DNA of 64,000 nt from an uncultured Gemmatimonadales bacterium (GCA_963779755.1 CAVZZO010000001.1:1920001-1984000), one strand, 5' to 3'. Numbered from the stretch's first letter, positions 31,429 to 42,040 are shown. A program made the numbers and translations. The notes: a model not told the origin generated them from the sequence alone.

Positions 31429-32960
31429 CCGGAGGAACCGTCCCACGCCGGGCTGCCGCCCTGCTGGCCCTGCTCTGGCTGGCCGGGTGCCGCGATCTCA
31501 CCCCACCGAAGACGCCGGAAGGATCGGTGCTGCTTCCCTCCGCGCCCGCCCACGTCTTCTCGGCGTTGGCCGACACGCTGCAGCTGCGACCCCTGGCCTT
31601 CGATGACCGGGGTTGGCTGGCGGTCGATGCGCGTTTTTCATTTGCCAGCAGCGACACCTCGGTGGCGCGGGTGTCTCCCCGCGGGCTGGTTCGCGCCGTG
31701 GGCAATGGCTCGGCCCTGGTGGTCGCCGCCGTGCAGGGCCGGGCAGCCGCCGGCAGCCTGAGCGTGGTCGTGCGGCAGAAAGCCGACTCGCTCGCCGTGG
31801 CCCTGAGTGATACGTCTTCCATTCTCACCCTCGATGCCGGCGATCCGGTTCCACTGGTTTGCCAGGCCTGGGACCATAACCGGATGCCGCTGCAGTTTCC
31901 GCTGCCGGTGGAGAGCGCGACCGGAGTGGTTCCGGCCGGCTCGTGCGACGGTCTGCCGGCGCTCCGGTCCGGGCTGGATACCCTGACGGTCGCCGCCGGC
32001 TCCCTGTCGGTGGCGCTGCCCCTGGCCGTGGCGCTGGCGCCGGTGGTGGACGTTCCCGATGCCTATCCGGTGCCGGTGGACGTTCCGCCCGCCGGGCAGC
32101 GCCCCTGGGCCCCGACCCTGGTGCGGAGCAGCCGGGGCACGCTGGATCTCTATTTCGGCAACTACGCGCCCGACTCCACCTCGGTGATCGGGGCGCGGGG
32201 CGATCTGGCCCGCTACGTCTCCCAGGACGGGGGGGCCAGTTTCCAGTACGACGGAACCATGCTGGCCCGCGACAGCGTTCCCTGCAGCCCCAACGGCGAC
32301 GGCATCGAGAACATCGCCATCGCGCCCCGCCCGGACGGCGTGGGCTATCGCATGTTCTACAGTTCCGGCGGTTTCACCTGCTACGGCTGGCAGGTCTTCT
32401 CGGCCGTGTCGACCGACGAGCGCACCTGGACGCGCGAGCCCGGGGTGCGGCTGAGCAACGGCGGGCCGCTGCCGCCCGATCCGCCGGCGGGCCCCTACCG
32501 GCCGACCGGCGAGGGCATGATCATCGACCAGCTGCCCTCGGGCGAGTGGCGGATGATCTCGGGCACGGTGGTCCCCGGCTCGGCCAGCGGCAAGTTCGCG
32601 ATCACCGAATGGCGCTCCCCCGATCAACTGGCCTGGACCTACCTGCGGACCCTGCTGACCACCGACGACCTGGGCCCCGGGGCGGAGCGGTCGGTCTACA
32701 GCCCGACCATCCGCGAGTTCGCGCCGGGCCTGTACCGGATGCTTTTCACCGGCGATAATCGTGACGTCCCGGGCGGCCTGAGCCGTATCTACTCCGCCGT
32801 CAGCCTCGATATGGTACACTGGAAGGTGGAGGGGGTGCTTCTGCAGAGTTCCACCGCCAACCTCTACTACAGCAGCCTGGTGGACGACCTGCTGGTGCTG
32901 ATCCGGCAGAACCCGGGCGTGCCGGTGTACTTGGCGATGGCCAGGGTGGAGATGCGATGA
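31425..32960 (+). CDS. Lipoprotein with Ig-like domain(s) and putative beta-propeller glycoside-hydrolase-like domain
   Basis: Lipobox LAGC; SSDTSVARVSPRGLV Big-2-like segment; repeated S.D...W blades. Confidence 0.7.
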   Translation: MTGGTVPRRAAALLALLWLAGCRDLTPPKTPEGSVLLPSAPAHVFSALADTLQLRPLAFDDRGWLAVDARFSFASSDTSVARVSPRGLVRAVGNGSALVVAAVQGRAAAGSLSVVVRQKADSLAVALSDTSSILTLDAGDPVPLVCQAWDHNRMPLQFPLPVESATGVVPAGSCDGLPALRSGLDTLTVAAGSLSVALPLAVALAPVVDVPDAYPVPVDVPPAGQRPWAPTLVRSSRGTLDLYFGNYAPDSTSVIGARGDLARYVSQDGGASFQYDGTMLARDSVPCSPNGDGIENIAIAPRPDGVGYRMFYSSGGFTCYGWQVFSAVSTDERTWTREPGVRLSNGGPLPPDPPAGPYRPTGEGMIIDQLPSGEWRMISGTVVPGSASGKFAITEWRSPDQLAWTYLRTLLTTDDLGPGAERSVYSPTIREFAPGLYRMLFTGDNRDVPGGLSRIYSAVSLDMVHWKVEGVLLQSSTANLYYSSLVDDLLVLIRQNPGVPVYLAMARVEMR

Positions 32961-33052
32961 AAGAGAAACGGACCGAGGGCTGAGAAAAGTGCCGGGCCGG
33001 GATTAGGTTTGCAGCCGCAGATACCTGTTCACTTCCTGGTGGGAGCCGTGTC

Positions 33053-34177
33053 GTGACTTCGGGTGCAACTCCGGCCTCCGTGCCGTTTCTCGACCTTGTT
33101 TCGCAGCACCGGGCTCTGGAGGAGGAGCTGGTGGCCGCGTTTCGCGCCGCCGTGCGGTCGGCGGCCTTCGTGGGGGGGCCGGAAGTCGAAGGATTCGAGC
33201 GCGAGTTTGCCGCCTATACCGGCTGTCCCGCGGCCGTAGGCGTGAACAGCGGCACCGATGCGCTTCGATTCGCCCTCATGGCCATGGGGCTGCGCCAGGG
33301 CGACGAGGTCATTACCGCGCCCCATACATTCATTGCCACCACCGAAGCCATTACCCAGGCCGGTGGCCTCATCCGGTTCGCCGACATCAGCCGCGACAGC
33401 ATGACGCTGGATCCGGTCGCGCTCGCGTCTGCCGTAACCCCGCGGACGGTCGGCATCGTACCGGTGCACCTCTACGGACATCCGGCCGACATGCAGGCGA
33501 TCGCGGCGATCGCCGAACGGCATGGGCTGTGGATTGTCGAGGATGCCGCGCAGGCGCACGGGGCGCACTATCGGGGCCGGCCCGCCGGCTCGCTGGGCGC
33601 GCTGGCGGCATTCAGCTTCTACCCCGGCAAGAACCTGGGCTCGTGCGGGGAAGGGGGGGCGGTCACCGGCAGTGCACCGGAGCGGCTGGAGATCGTACGC
33701 CAGCTGCGGGAACACGGCCAGCGGGAGAAGTACTACCACGTGACGGAGGGGTACAACGGGCGCCTGCATGCCATCCAGGCGGCGGTGCTGCGGATCAAGC
33801 TGCCCCATCTGGAACACTGGATCGAAGGACGCCGCCGGGCGGCGGCGTGGTACCGCGAGGCCCTGGGCGACCTCCCGGAGGTGGAGCTGCCCGCCGAGGC
33901 GGGCGAGGTCCGGCACGTCTATCACCTCTATGTCATTCGCACCGACCACCGCGACGCGTTACAGGCCCACCTGCGGCAACAGGGGATCGGCACCGGGCTG
34001 CACTATCCCGTGCCCCTGCATCTGCAGGAGGCCTATGCCGGGATGGGGCTCGGCCCCGGAGCTTTTCCCGTGGCGGAGGACGCCGCCGCGCGCGGGCTGA
34101 GCCTGCCCATGTTCCCCGAGCTGACCCGATCACAGGTCGAGCGTGTCGCTACAGCCATCCGTGCCTTCTTCCGCTAA
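33053..34177 (+). CDS. DegT/DnrJ/EryC1/StrS aminotransferase (WbpE/WlbC-like)
   Basis: SGTDAL, PVHLYG, EDAAQAHG, SFYPGKNLG. Confidence 0.95.
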   Translation: MTSGATPASVPFLDLVSQHRALEEELVAAFRAAVRSAAFVGGPEVEGFEREFAAYTGCPAAVGVNSGTDALRFALMAMGLRQGDEVITAPHTFIATTEAITQAGGLIRFADISRDSMTLDPVALASAVTPRTVGIVPVHLYGHPADMQAIAAIAERHGLWIVEDAAQAHGAHYRGRPAGSLGALAAFSFYPGKNLGSCGEGGAVTGSAPERLEIVRQLREHGQREKYYHVTEGYNGRLHAIQAAVLRIKLPHLEHWIEGRRRAAAWYREALGDLPEVELPAEAGEVRHVYHLYVIRTDHRDALQAHLRQQGIGTGLHYPVPLHLQEAYAGMGLGPGAFPVAEDAAARGLSLPMFPELTRSQVERVATAIRAFFR

Positions 34178-34198
34178 CCCCAGGCCGGCAGGCCCGGC

Positions 34199-36328
34199 AT
34201 GAAGCAGGTGGTGCTGCGTTCCGGCCAGGCGCTGGTAGTCGATGTGCCGGCACCCGCCGTCGCGCCCGGCGGGGTGCTGGTCCGGGTCAGCCATTCGGTC
34301 ATCAGCTCCGGCACCGAGCGGGTCAACCTGCAATCCAGCGGCGAGTCGGTGCTGTCCCGGGCCCGTCGCCGCCCGGAACTGGCCGCGAGCCTGCTCCGCC
34401 AGGCCTGGCGCAATGGTCTTGGCCCCACGCTCGAGAAGGTCCGCCGGAAGCTGGACGCCGAGCGTCCGGCGGGGTACACCTGCGCCGGTACGGTCGTCGC
34501 TCCGGGGGCCGGCGTGACCGACCTCCCCGCCGGAACGGCAGTCGCCTGCGCGGGGGGCGGCTATGCCGTACATGCCGAGTACGTGTGGGTCCCGAGGAAT
34601 CTGGTGGCGCCCATTCCCGAAGGGGTCACCGCCGCGGCGGGTGCCTCGGTGGCGATCGGCGCCATCGCGCTGCAGGGCGTGAGGCAGGCGGCCATCGAGT
34701 TGGGCGATCGGGTGGTGGTGACCGGACTCGGGCTCATCGGGCTGCTGACCGTCCAGCTGGCGCGCGCCGCGGGTGGCGAAGTGCTGGCGGTGGACCCGCT
34801 CCCGGAGCGGCGCAAGCTGGCGCTGACCCTGGGTGCCGCGCACGCGGCCGGCCCCGGAGATGCCGCGGCACTGGTGGCCGGCTGGACCGCGGGCCTCGGC
34901 GCCGACCGGGTGTTGCTGACCGCGGCCACGCCGAGCGACGGGCCGCTGCGGCAGGCCATGGAGCTGGTGCGGCAGCGCGGTACCGTTGTGGTGGTCGGCG
35001 ACGTGGGGCTCGGCCTTACCCGTTCGCCCTTCTACGAAAAGGAAGTCGAGCTCCGGATCTCCTGTTCCTACGGCCCGGGGCGATACGATCCTTCCTACGA
35101 GGAGGGCGGCCTCGACTATCCCGCCGGTCTGGTTCGCTGGACCGAGAACCGGAACATGGCGGCTTACCTCGAGCTGTTGCGTGCGGGATCGGTGCGGTGG
35201 GAGCCCCTCGCGTCGCGGACGCTGCCGGTGGACCAGGCGGGGCAGGCCTATGCCGATCTCGAGTCCGGCGCGCCACCGCTGGCTATTACCCTGACCTATA
35301 CACCGGATGGTCCGCCCGACCATTCCGCCGGCGCGACGGTGGCGTCGCCCGCCCTGGTGCGCCGGAGCGGCGTGGTGCGTCTCGGCATCGTGGGGGCCGG
35401 CGAATTCGTCCGATCGATGCATCTGCCGCAGCTGCTGCGGCTCCCCAACCGGTTCTCCGTGGTAGCCGTGGCCAACCGCACGGGGCTCAGCGCACGCTCG
35501 GCGGCCCAGCAGGCGGGCGCTCCGTTCTGGACCACGGAGGTCCAGGCGCTGCTGGAACGGCCGGAGGTCGATGCGGTGCTGATCGCGACCCGGCACCACC
35601 TCCATGCGGAGCTGGCGATCGCCGCGCTCGAGGCGGGGAAGGCGGTATTCCTGGAAAAACCGCTCGCGGTCGAGCCGGAGGAGCTGGACCGGCTGCTGCC
35701 GGTGATCGCCGGCTCGGACCAGCCGTTCCTGGCGGGGTTCAACCGGCGTTTCTCGCCGGCCGCCGCCCTGCTGGCCGAGCGCATCGCGGCGCATGCTGCG
35801 CCGCCGGTGCTGCTGTACCGGGTGAATGCCGGCCCGCCGGGGAAAAACGACTGGACCCTCGGGCCGGAGGGCGGTGGCCGCGCGGTGGGCGAGGCGTGCC
35901 ATATGGTCGACCTGCTGGAGTTTCTGGGCGGACCGTTCGACCCCGCGATCGGTGTGGTTGCCGCGGGCTCATCCTGGCCCGATGCCGACTTCAGCGCGCA
36001 GTTCCGACATACCGGCGGGGCCGCAGCCACCCTGGTCTATACGGTGCGCGGCAACGCCGGGCTGCCGAAGGAACACCTGGAGGCGTTCCTGGGCGGGGAA
36101 GCCGTCGTCCTGGAGGATTTCCGGCATGTGGTCGGCTATGGGCGCGGGCGGCCATCGCGCCGGAGCACGGGGAAAGGCCACGCGGAGATCTGGGAGGCGT
36201 TCTACCGCGCCTGTACCACCGGCGACCGGCTGCCGATCCCGCTGGATTCGCTGGCGTCGGTGGCGCGGGCGACGTTCCGGATTCGCGCTCTGGCGCGCGG
36301 CGGTCAGGACTCCAGCAGCTCTTCGTAG
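34199..36328 (+). CDS. Bi-domain oxidoreductase (MDR/Zn-ADH-like plus Gfo/Idh/MocA)
   Basis: ISSGTE, GLGLIG, SYGPGRYD, WTENRN, EKP, GFNRRF. Confidence 0.92.
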   Translation: MKQVVLRSGQALVVDVPAPAVAPGGVLVRVSHSVISSGTERVNLQSSGESVLSRARRRPELAASLLRQAWRNGLGPTLEKVRRKLDAERPAGYTCAGTVVAPGAGVTDLPAGTAVACAGGGYAVHAEYVWVPRNLVAPIPEGVTAAAGASVAIGAIALQGVRQAAIELGDRVVVTGLGLIGLLTVQLARAAGGEVLAVDPLPERRKLALTLGAAHAAGPGDAAALVAGWTAGLGADRVLLTAATPSDGPLRQAMELVRQRGTVVVVGDVGLGLTRSPFYEKEVELRISCSYGPGRYDPSYEEGGLDYPAGLVRWTENRNMAAYLELLRAGSVRWEPLASRTLPVDQAGQAYADLESGAPPLAITLTYTPDGPPDHSAGATVASPALVRRSGVVRLGIVGAGEFVRSMHLPQLLRLPNRFSVVAVANRTGLSARSAAQQAGAPFWTTEVQALLERPEVDAVLIATRHHLHAELAIAALEAGKAVFLEKPLAVEPEELDRLLPVIAGSDQPFLAGFNRRFSPAAALLAERIAAHAAPPVLLYRVNAGPPGKNDWTLGPEGGGRAVGEACHMVDLLEFLGGPFDPAIGVVAAGSSWPDADFSAQFRHTGGAAATLVYTVRGNAGLPKEHLEAFLGGEAVVLEDFRHVVGYGRGRPSRRSTGKGHAEIWEAFYRACTTGDRLPIPLDSLASVARATFRIRALARGGQDSSSSS

Positions 36329-37509
36329 ATGCTTCGCAGCACCTGCGCTTCGCTTTCCCAGCTCAGCCGCTCGCTCACGATCGCCCGTGCCCGTCGGGCC
36401 CGCTCCGCCCGTTCCGCCGGCGATGCGGCGCGGAACTCCCGCAGCACCTCCACCGCCGCGTCGACCGACCCGCCCGGAAAGTACCAGAGCGTGCCGGGCG
36501 GGAAGTACTCCTGGTAGGTCGGCAGCGCGGTCGCCACGACCGGCAAGCCGAGATGCACGTATTCCAGCAGCTTGGTGGAGAGCGAGTACCGGGTCATCCC
36601 GTTCTCCCGGGTCGGGACCAGCCCGGCATGATACCGGGGCAGCAGCACCCGCAGTTGTTCGTGTGGTGCGGAGCCCTTGAGCCGCACGAACGGTCCCAGG
36701 CCGGCGGCGGCAATACGCCGTTCCAGCGCTTCCTGCTGAGGCCCTTCTCCATAGAGATCGAGCTCGACCTCCAGGCCTCGCTGCCGAGCGGCGGCGACGA
36801 TGTCCACTGCAATATCCAGCCCGTAGAGCTCGGTCAGGGTCCCGTGGTAGACCAGCCGCAGGGGGCCCGGCTCGATGATGCCGCTGGTGACGCCGCCCGG
36901 TCCGAAGTCGGCCGGGTCGGTTACATTGTGTACCACCGCGATCCGCTCGCCGTTGCCGGCGGGGCGCTGGCGCAGCAGCCGGGCAACCGCTGCATTCACC
37001 GTGACGACCACCGTCGCCTGCCGGCGCGACCAGCGTTCGACCGCGGCGGCCAGGCGGCCGGCCAGGGCGCCCGCGGGCCCGGGGAACTTGGTGCGTGTGA
37101 ACTCGGGGAAGATTTCGTGCAGATCGAGAATCACCCGGGCCCCCCGCCGGCGCGCCGGCGCGGCGGCGGCCACCAGGAAGTCCGGCAGCGTGTGCACGTG
37201 GACGATGCGGGCCCGCCGCAGCCGGTCGTCATTCGCGATGAGCCGCCGCGCGCGCCTGAGGAAATCCAGATAATTCAGCAGATACGTGGCGAACCCGCCG
37301 CGGCGCCGCGGGGTCGGCAGCCTGATCACCGCCAGCGGGCCGTAACGCGAGATCGGCCGGGGATCCCGGCCGCCTGCCGCCACGATGAGCGCCACGCGGC
37401 GGCCGCCTTCGGCGGCCACCATGGCTTCACGCCGGGGACGGGGGTCCTCGGGGAAGGGCGTGTGGGCCACGTGAATGATGTCAAACGGCGGATGCTGGGA
37501 ACGGGGCAC
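36304..37509 (-). CDS. GT4 glycosyltransferase; start 37509 or 37584
   Basis: DPRPRREA, HTLPD, DLHE, STKLLEY. Confidence 0.85.
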   Translation of the reverse strand: MPRSQHPPFDIIHVAHTPFPEDPRPRREAMVAAEGGRRVALIVAAGGRDPRPISRYGPLAVIRLPTPRRRGGFATYLLNYLDFLRRARRLIANDDRLRRARIVHVHTLPDFLVAAAAPARRRGARVILDLHEIFPEFTRTKFPGPAGALAGRLAAAVERWSRRQATVVVTVNAAVARLLRQRPAGNGERIAVVHNVTDPADFGPGGVTSGIIEPGPLRLVYHGTLTELYGLDIAVDIVAAARQRGLEVELDLYGEGPQQEALERRIAAAGLGPFVRLKGSAPHEQLRVLLPRYHAGLVPTRENGMTRYSLSTKLLEYVHLGLPVVATALPTYQEYFPPGTLWYFPGGSVDAAVEVLREFRAASPAERAERARRARAIVSERLSWESEAQVLRSIYEELLES

Positions 37510-37619
37510 GGGCCGCTCTGGGCTCGGGAGATGGTCGGCTCTGGACTCGGAGGAGAAAGGTGCTGCAACCGGAGGGGCTGGCAAGGGGTGAGGACCGGAT
37601 GAACCGGAGGGGGCGCTAG

Positions 37620-39503
37620 ATGTGCGGGGTCGCCGGACTGGTGGGCCATGCCCCGGACCGGGGACGGCCGCTGCTGGAGCGGCTCACGGCGGCGCTGGCG
37701 CACCGCGGCCCGGATGGCGCCGGCATCCGCTGCTTCGACGAGGGCGTGCTGCTGGGGCACCGACGGCTCAGCATCGTGGATCTCGCCACCGGCGACCAGC
37801 CGATGTCCAACGAGACGGGCGACGTCTGGATCACCTATAACGGCGAGATCTACAACCACCTGGAGCTGCGGCGCACCCTGGAGGCGGCGGGACATCGCTT
37901 CCACACCCGGGCGGACAGCGAAGTGCTGGTGCACGGCTGGGAGGAATGGGGCACCGAGCTCTTCCCCCGCCTCAACGGCATCTACGCCTTCTCGCTCTAC
38001 GATCAGCGCCGGGGCCCGGGGCAGGGCGTCTGGCTGGTGCGCGACCCGGTGGGCGTGAAACCGCTCTACCTGGGGCACAGCGGCGGGGGCTTCTGGTTTG
38101 CCAGTGAGCTGGCCGCTGCGCAATCCGCCGGCCTGGTGCCGGGCGCCCTGCGCGCCGGGGCGCTCGGCGAGTTCCTGGTGTACCGCTTCGTCCCTTCGCC
38201 CGGGACATTCTACGAGGGCGTCTGGAAGGTGCCCCCGCGCCATTTCTGCCGGCTCCCAGCGTCGCCGGGCGCCGAACCCGAATTCCAGTCGTTTGCGCCA
38301 CGCTTTGCGCCGGCGGCCCCGCCGCGGAGCCGGGACGAGTGGGAGGAAGCGATTCGCGACGGCCTCGACGGGGCGGTGAACCGGCAGCTGATGTCGGATG
38401 TCCCGGTCGGGTCGCTGCTGTCGGGCGGCGTGGATTCCACGGTGGTGACCGGCCTCATGCGGGATCATCTGCCCGATCCACCGCAGGCCTTCGCGGTCGG
38501 ATTCCCCGAGGCGGGAGCATTGGCCGAGTTGCCGGTGGCGCGCCGCGCTGCCGCGGCGCTCCGGGTGCCGCTGCGCGAGGTGGAACTGGACCGCACCGAG
38601 TATCTCGCGGCATGGCCAGCGCAGGCGGCAATGCTGGGTGAGCCGATCGCGAACACCGGGTTGCTGATGGTGGGGTTGTTGTGCCGGACGGTCCGGCAGA
38701 CACACAAGGTGGTGCTGAGCGGCCAGGGGGCGGACGAGCCGCTGGGCGGCTATGCCCGCCATGCGGCGGAGCGCTGGTACCGCTGGACCCGCCATGTCCC
38801 CGGCGTGCTGGCGCGGTTGCCTGAGCGGCTGGCCAGTTCCGACCGGGTGGCCCGCCTGGCGCGCGCCGCAGGGGAGGCCGACGAAGCGCGGCGCTATGCC
38901 GAAATCCTGGCGGTGTTCTCGCCCGAGGAGAGCGCCGCCCTGCGCGGCGCCGCCGACGCCGAACGCCTGGTCGCGCCGGTGCGGCGCTGGCTGCCGGCCC
39001 CGGGCGATTCCGACTCGCTCAACCGGCTGTTGCGGGTGGACGCCCGGCTCTCGCTGGCGGACGATCTGCTGACCGTTGCCGATCACATGGCCATGGCATC
39101 GTCGGTCGAGTTGCGGGTCCCGTTTCTCGACCTGCCGCTGCTCGGGCTGCTCGAGGCGATGCCCGGCCGGTACAAGGTCTCGGTCCTGGGCGAGCGCAAA
39201 TGGCTTTATCGCCGCGCGGTGCGTCCCCTGCTGCCCGCATCACTCCACGGCCCCCTGCTGGGCTGGCGTGAGCGAACCGGCCCCAAGCTGGGATTCAGCA
39301 CTCCGCTGGATGCCTGGTACCGGGGGTGGCTGCGCGCCCAGGCTGAAGACTACCTGGTGGGACCGCAGGCCCGGCTGCCGGGCTGGCTCCAGCCGGCGCG
39401 GGTGCGGGAGGTCGTGGCCGAGGCGCGCGATCGAGGCCGCCCGCGGCAGCGCCAGCTGCTGGCCCTGTACACCCTGGAAACCTGGTTACGGTCGCATACC
39501 TGA
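37620..39503 (+). CDS. asnB: Asparagine synthase (glutamine-hydrolysing) family amidotransferase
   Basis: N-terminal MCG, HRGPD, NGEIYN, LSGGVDS, SGQGADE, RVPFLD. Confidence 0.93.
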   Translation: MCGVAGLVGHAPDRGRPLLERLTAALAHRGPDGAGIRCFDEGVLLGHRRLSIVDLATGDQPMSNETGDVWITYNGEIYNHLELRRTLEAAGHRFHTRADSEVLVHGWEEWGTELFPRLNGIYAFSLYDQRRGPGQGVWLVRDPVGVKPLYLGHSGGGFWFASELAAAQSAGLVPGALRAGALGEFLVYRFVPSPGTFYEGVWKVPPRHFCRLPASPGAEPEFQSFAPRFAPAAPPRSRDEWEEAIRDGLDGAVNRQLMSDVPVGSLLSGGVDSTVVTGLMRDHLPDPPQAFAVGFPEAGALAELPVARRAAAALRVPLREVELDRTEYLAAWPAQAAMLGEPIANTGLLMVGLLCRTVRQTHKVVLSGQGADEPLGGYARHAAERWYRWTRHVPGVLARLPERLASSDRVARLARAAGEADEARRYAEILAVFSPEESAALRGAADAERLVAPVRRWLPAPGDSDSLNRLLRVDARLSLADDLLTVADHMAMASSVELRVPFLDLPLLGLLEAMPGRYKVSVLGERKWLYRRAVRPLLPASLHGPLLGWRERTGPKLGFSTPLDAWYRGWLRAQAEDYLVGPQARLPGWLQPARVREVVAEARDRGRPRQRQLLALYTLETWLRSHT

Positions 39504-40658
39504 GCGAACGGCACCGTAGGCCGCGAGCAGCGCGCGCGAGGCCTGCGCCCAGCCGAATGTTCCCTGCAGCGCCCGCATGGCCGCGCCGATATTGCGCCGG
39601 CGGGTCTCGTCGCGCAGCAGATCCAGGGCACCGGCCAGCGCCCCGGCCGAGGGCGGCTCCAGTACCAGGGCATCGGCCACGCCGCGCATGATCCGGCCCG
39701 GTTCTCCCAGCGGCGCTGTAATGAGCGGCAGGCCGTAGGCGATGGCCAGATGGAGCGTGTTGGACGCGGCGAAGCGGGTGTAGGGATGGGAAGGCTCCAG
39801 GACATAATACAGTGCGTCGGCGGCGGCGTAGAGCCCGGCGGGCTGGTCCTGCCAGCCGGTTACCCGCAGGTTGCCGCTGTTCTGTCCGGCGGCCTGGAGC
39901 CGGCGCTCCAGGGGGAGCTCTCCCCGTCCCGCCACGACGAACATCCAGCCGGGGCGCTCGGCGGCCGCCTCGATCAGCAGGTCGAGCCGCCGTTCGGCCG
40001 CGATTCCGCCCGCATACAGGAGCACCGGGGTATCGTCGGTGATCCCCAACTCTGCCCGGGCGCGGGCGCGGGCTTCCCGGCTCACGGTCACCGGATCGTA
40101 CCAGTTCCCCACCACGAACACCGGGGTCCGTCCCCGGACGGCATCCCAGTATGCCGCCACCCGCTGCTGGCTCACCGTGACCAGCGCGTCGACCGAATGG
40201 CGCACCAGCCACCGCTCCGTTCCCGCCAGGGCGGCCAGCAGCGGTCGCGGGTATCGCTCGGCTTCCATCACGTGGTAGATCTCGTGCGCATCGTAGATGA
40301 GCGGTGCCCGCAGCCGCCGGGCGAGGAAGGCGCCCAGCGGGAGCATCAGCAGGTCGTGGGCATGCACCACATCGGCCCTGGACTCGCGCGACCGGCGGCT
40401 GGCCTCGCGATAGAATCGCGCCAGCGTACCGAGCTGCCGGATGCCCCGCTGCCGCTCAGCCGGGGTGCGGATGCGTTCGATCAGGAGGCCGTCCCGGGTT
40501 TCGGTCTCCGGAGCGCGGGCCTCGCGATCCCAGCAGAGAATCCGGACCGCTGCGCCGGCGTCCCGCAGCGCGGCCGCTTCCCGCAGGACCCGCCAGTCGG
40601 GGGCGCAGGCATTGTCCAGCAGCATCAGCACCCGCCGCCCCGCGAGCGCCGCGCTCAT
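39486..40658 (-). CDS. GT4 glycosyltransferase
   Basis: DWRVLREA, HAHDL, YDAHE; ATGA overlap with the upstream gene. Confidence 0.85.
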   Translation of the reverse strand: MSAALAGRRVLMLLDNACAPDWRVLREAAALRDAGAAVRILCWDREARAPETETRDGLLIERIRTPAERQRGIRQLGTLARFYREASRRSRESRADVVHAHDLLMLPLGAFLARRLRAPLIYDAHEIYHVMEAERYPRPLLAALAGTERWLVRHSVDALVTVSQQRVAAYWDAVRGRTPVFVVGNWYDPVTVSREARARARAELGITDDTPVLLYAGGIAAERRLDLLIEAAAERPGWMFVVAGRGELPLERRLQAAGQNSGNLRVTGWQDQPAGLYAAADALYYVLEPSHPYTRFAASNTLHLAIAYGLPLITAPLGEPGRIMRGVADALVLEPPSAGALAGALDLLRDETRRRNIGAAMRALQGTFGWAQASRALLAAYGAVRSGMRP

Positions 40659-42040
40659 GCGGGGGCGGGGAAGTCGGCCCGGAGCACCGCGGTGAGCAGC
40701 GTGGCCGCGATCAGCACGGTGCCGGCCGTCGAGAAATAGGGCTGCAGGCAGGCGGTCACCCCCATGATGGTAAGACCGCCGAGCGAGGTAGCGGCGATGC
40801 TTCGAGTCGCCTCGTCCCGTATGGCCGCCCCGGCGCGACGGAACCAGAGCAGCGTGAAGGGAAGCGCGGCGGCTACCCCGACGAGACCGTTGTTCACCAG
40901 AAACCAGAGCGGATCGTTGTGGATCGAGCTGGTGAACGAGGCGGCAAACTCGGCGACTTCGATGTTGAAGTATTCGAAGACGTTGGTGAAGCCCAGCCCG
41001 GTGCCGAGCAGGGGGTGGTCCAGCCAGGTGAGGAAAGCGTTGCGCCAGGAGAAGAGGCGCCAGAGCCCCGAGGTGGTGATGTTCTCCGGGTTGAATCGCT
41101 GCAGGATCAGTCCGCCCAGCGGGGTGGCGGTGATGAGGATGTAGAGGACTGGCGCGGCCACCAGCGCCATGGCGATGGCTGCCAGGATGGCGCGGCGGCC
41201 GCGCATGATGACGAGCTGGACGACCAGCCCCGCCGCCAGCGCTGCCCAGGCGGTGCGATAATTGGACACCAGGACGGCGCCGGCGTCGACAGCGGCCAGC
41301 AGCCACCAGCCGGCCGAGCGGGTGCGCGGGTCGAGGGCCCGCGACACCGCGATGAGCACGCCGATCCCGGCGGTGCTGGCCTCGATGAAAGAGAGATACC
41401 GGATGGTCGATCCGGCCAGCAGCTCCTCGGCGTATCCCGTCCCGGTGGCCACCCGTACGACGGCGATGATGGCCACCCCGATCCCCGACAGGGCCAGCGC
41501 GTTCATGGCCCGCTCGACGTGCCCCCGGTGCTGCAGGACGGCCGCGGTTACCAGGATGGTGAGTGAATACAGGCCCATGCGCCGGTAATCGCCCAGGGCG
41601 CTGCGCAGGTCGTTGCCGGCGAGGGCACCGTGCACGAACGAGAGCGTCAGCCAGGAGAATAGCAGGAGATACATCCTGCGCCCGGGCCAGCGATGATCCC
41701 AGCGCTCCGGCGCTATGAATGTGCCGATCACCGCCGCTCCCAGGAGTCCTGCCACCAGGATGTCCAGGTAGTAGACGCGGATACCAAAGTCCACGCCGCC
41801 CGTTCCCAGGGGCAGGCCGAAGACTGCGGAGAGCACCAGCACGCTCAGCAGCGCCGGCATCGGCTCGGCGCTGGCGAAGATCATCAGCGTGCCGCCCAGC
41901 GCCACCATCAGCGGCAGCGCGAAGAGCGGCTGCTGGCCCAGCAATGCCACGGTGCCGGAGACGGCCAGGGCTAGTCCGGCCGCCAGCCAGGTCCAGCTGG
42001 AGCGACGCATCAGCGGGCGTTCAGGAGCGGGTGCCGACAT
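40655..42040 (-). CDS. O-antigen ligase/polymerase (Wzy_C) family membrane protein
   Basis: Many TM helices; HPLLGTGLG and HN motifs. Confidence 0.85.
   Translation of the reverse strand: MSAPAPERPLMRRSSWTWLAAGLALAVSGTVALLGQQPLFALPLMVALGGTLMIFASAEPMPALLSVLVLSAVFGLPLGTGGVDFGIRVYYLDILVAGLLGAAVIGTFIAPERWDHRWPGRRMYLLLFSWLTLSFVHGALAGNDLRSALGDYRRMGLYSLTILVTAAVLQHRGHVERAMNALALSGIGVAIIAVVRVATGTGYAEELLAGSTIRYLSFIEASTAGIGVLIAVSRALDPRTRSAGWWLLAAVDAGAVLVSNYRTAWAALAAGLVVQLVIMRGRRAILAAIAMALVAAPVLYILITATPLGGLILQRFNPENITTSGLWRLFSWRNAFLTWLDHPLLGTGLGFTNVFEYFNIEVAEFAASFTSSIHNDPLWFLVNNGLVGVAAALPFTLLWFRRAGAAIRDEATRSIAATSLGGLTIMGVTACLQPYFSTAGTVLIAATLLTAVLRADFPAPA

Noticed and set aside
33529..37602. Very long alternative-frame ORFs (1357 aa here; also 43529-46540, 19532-22213, 7812-10592)
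   Set aside because: Arg/Gly/Ala/Pro-rich shadow frames of high-GC genes, with no motifs, overlapping well-supported CDSs
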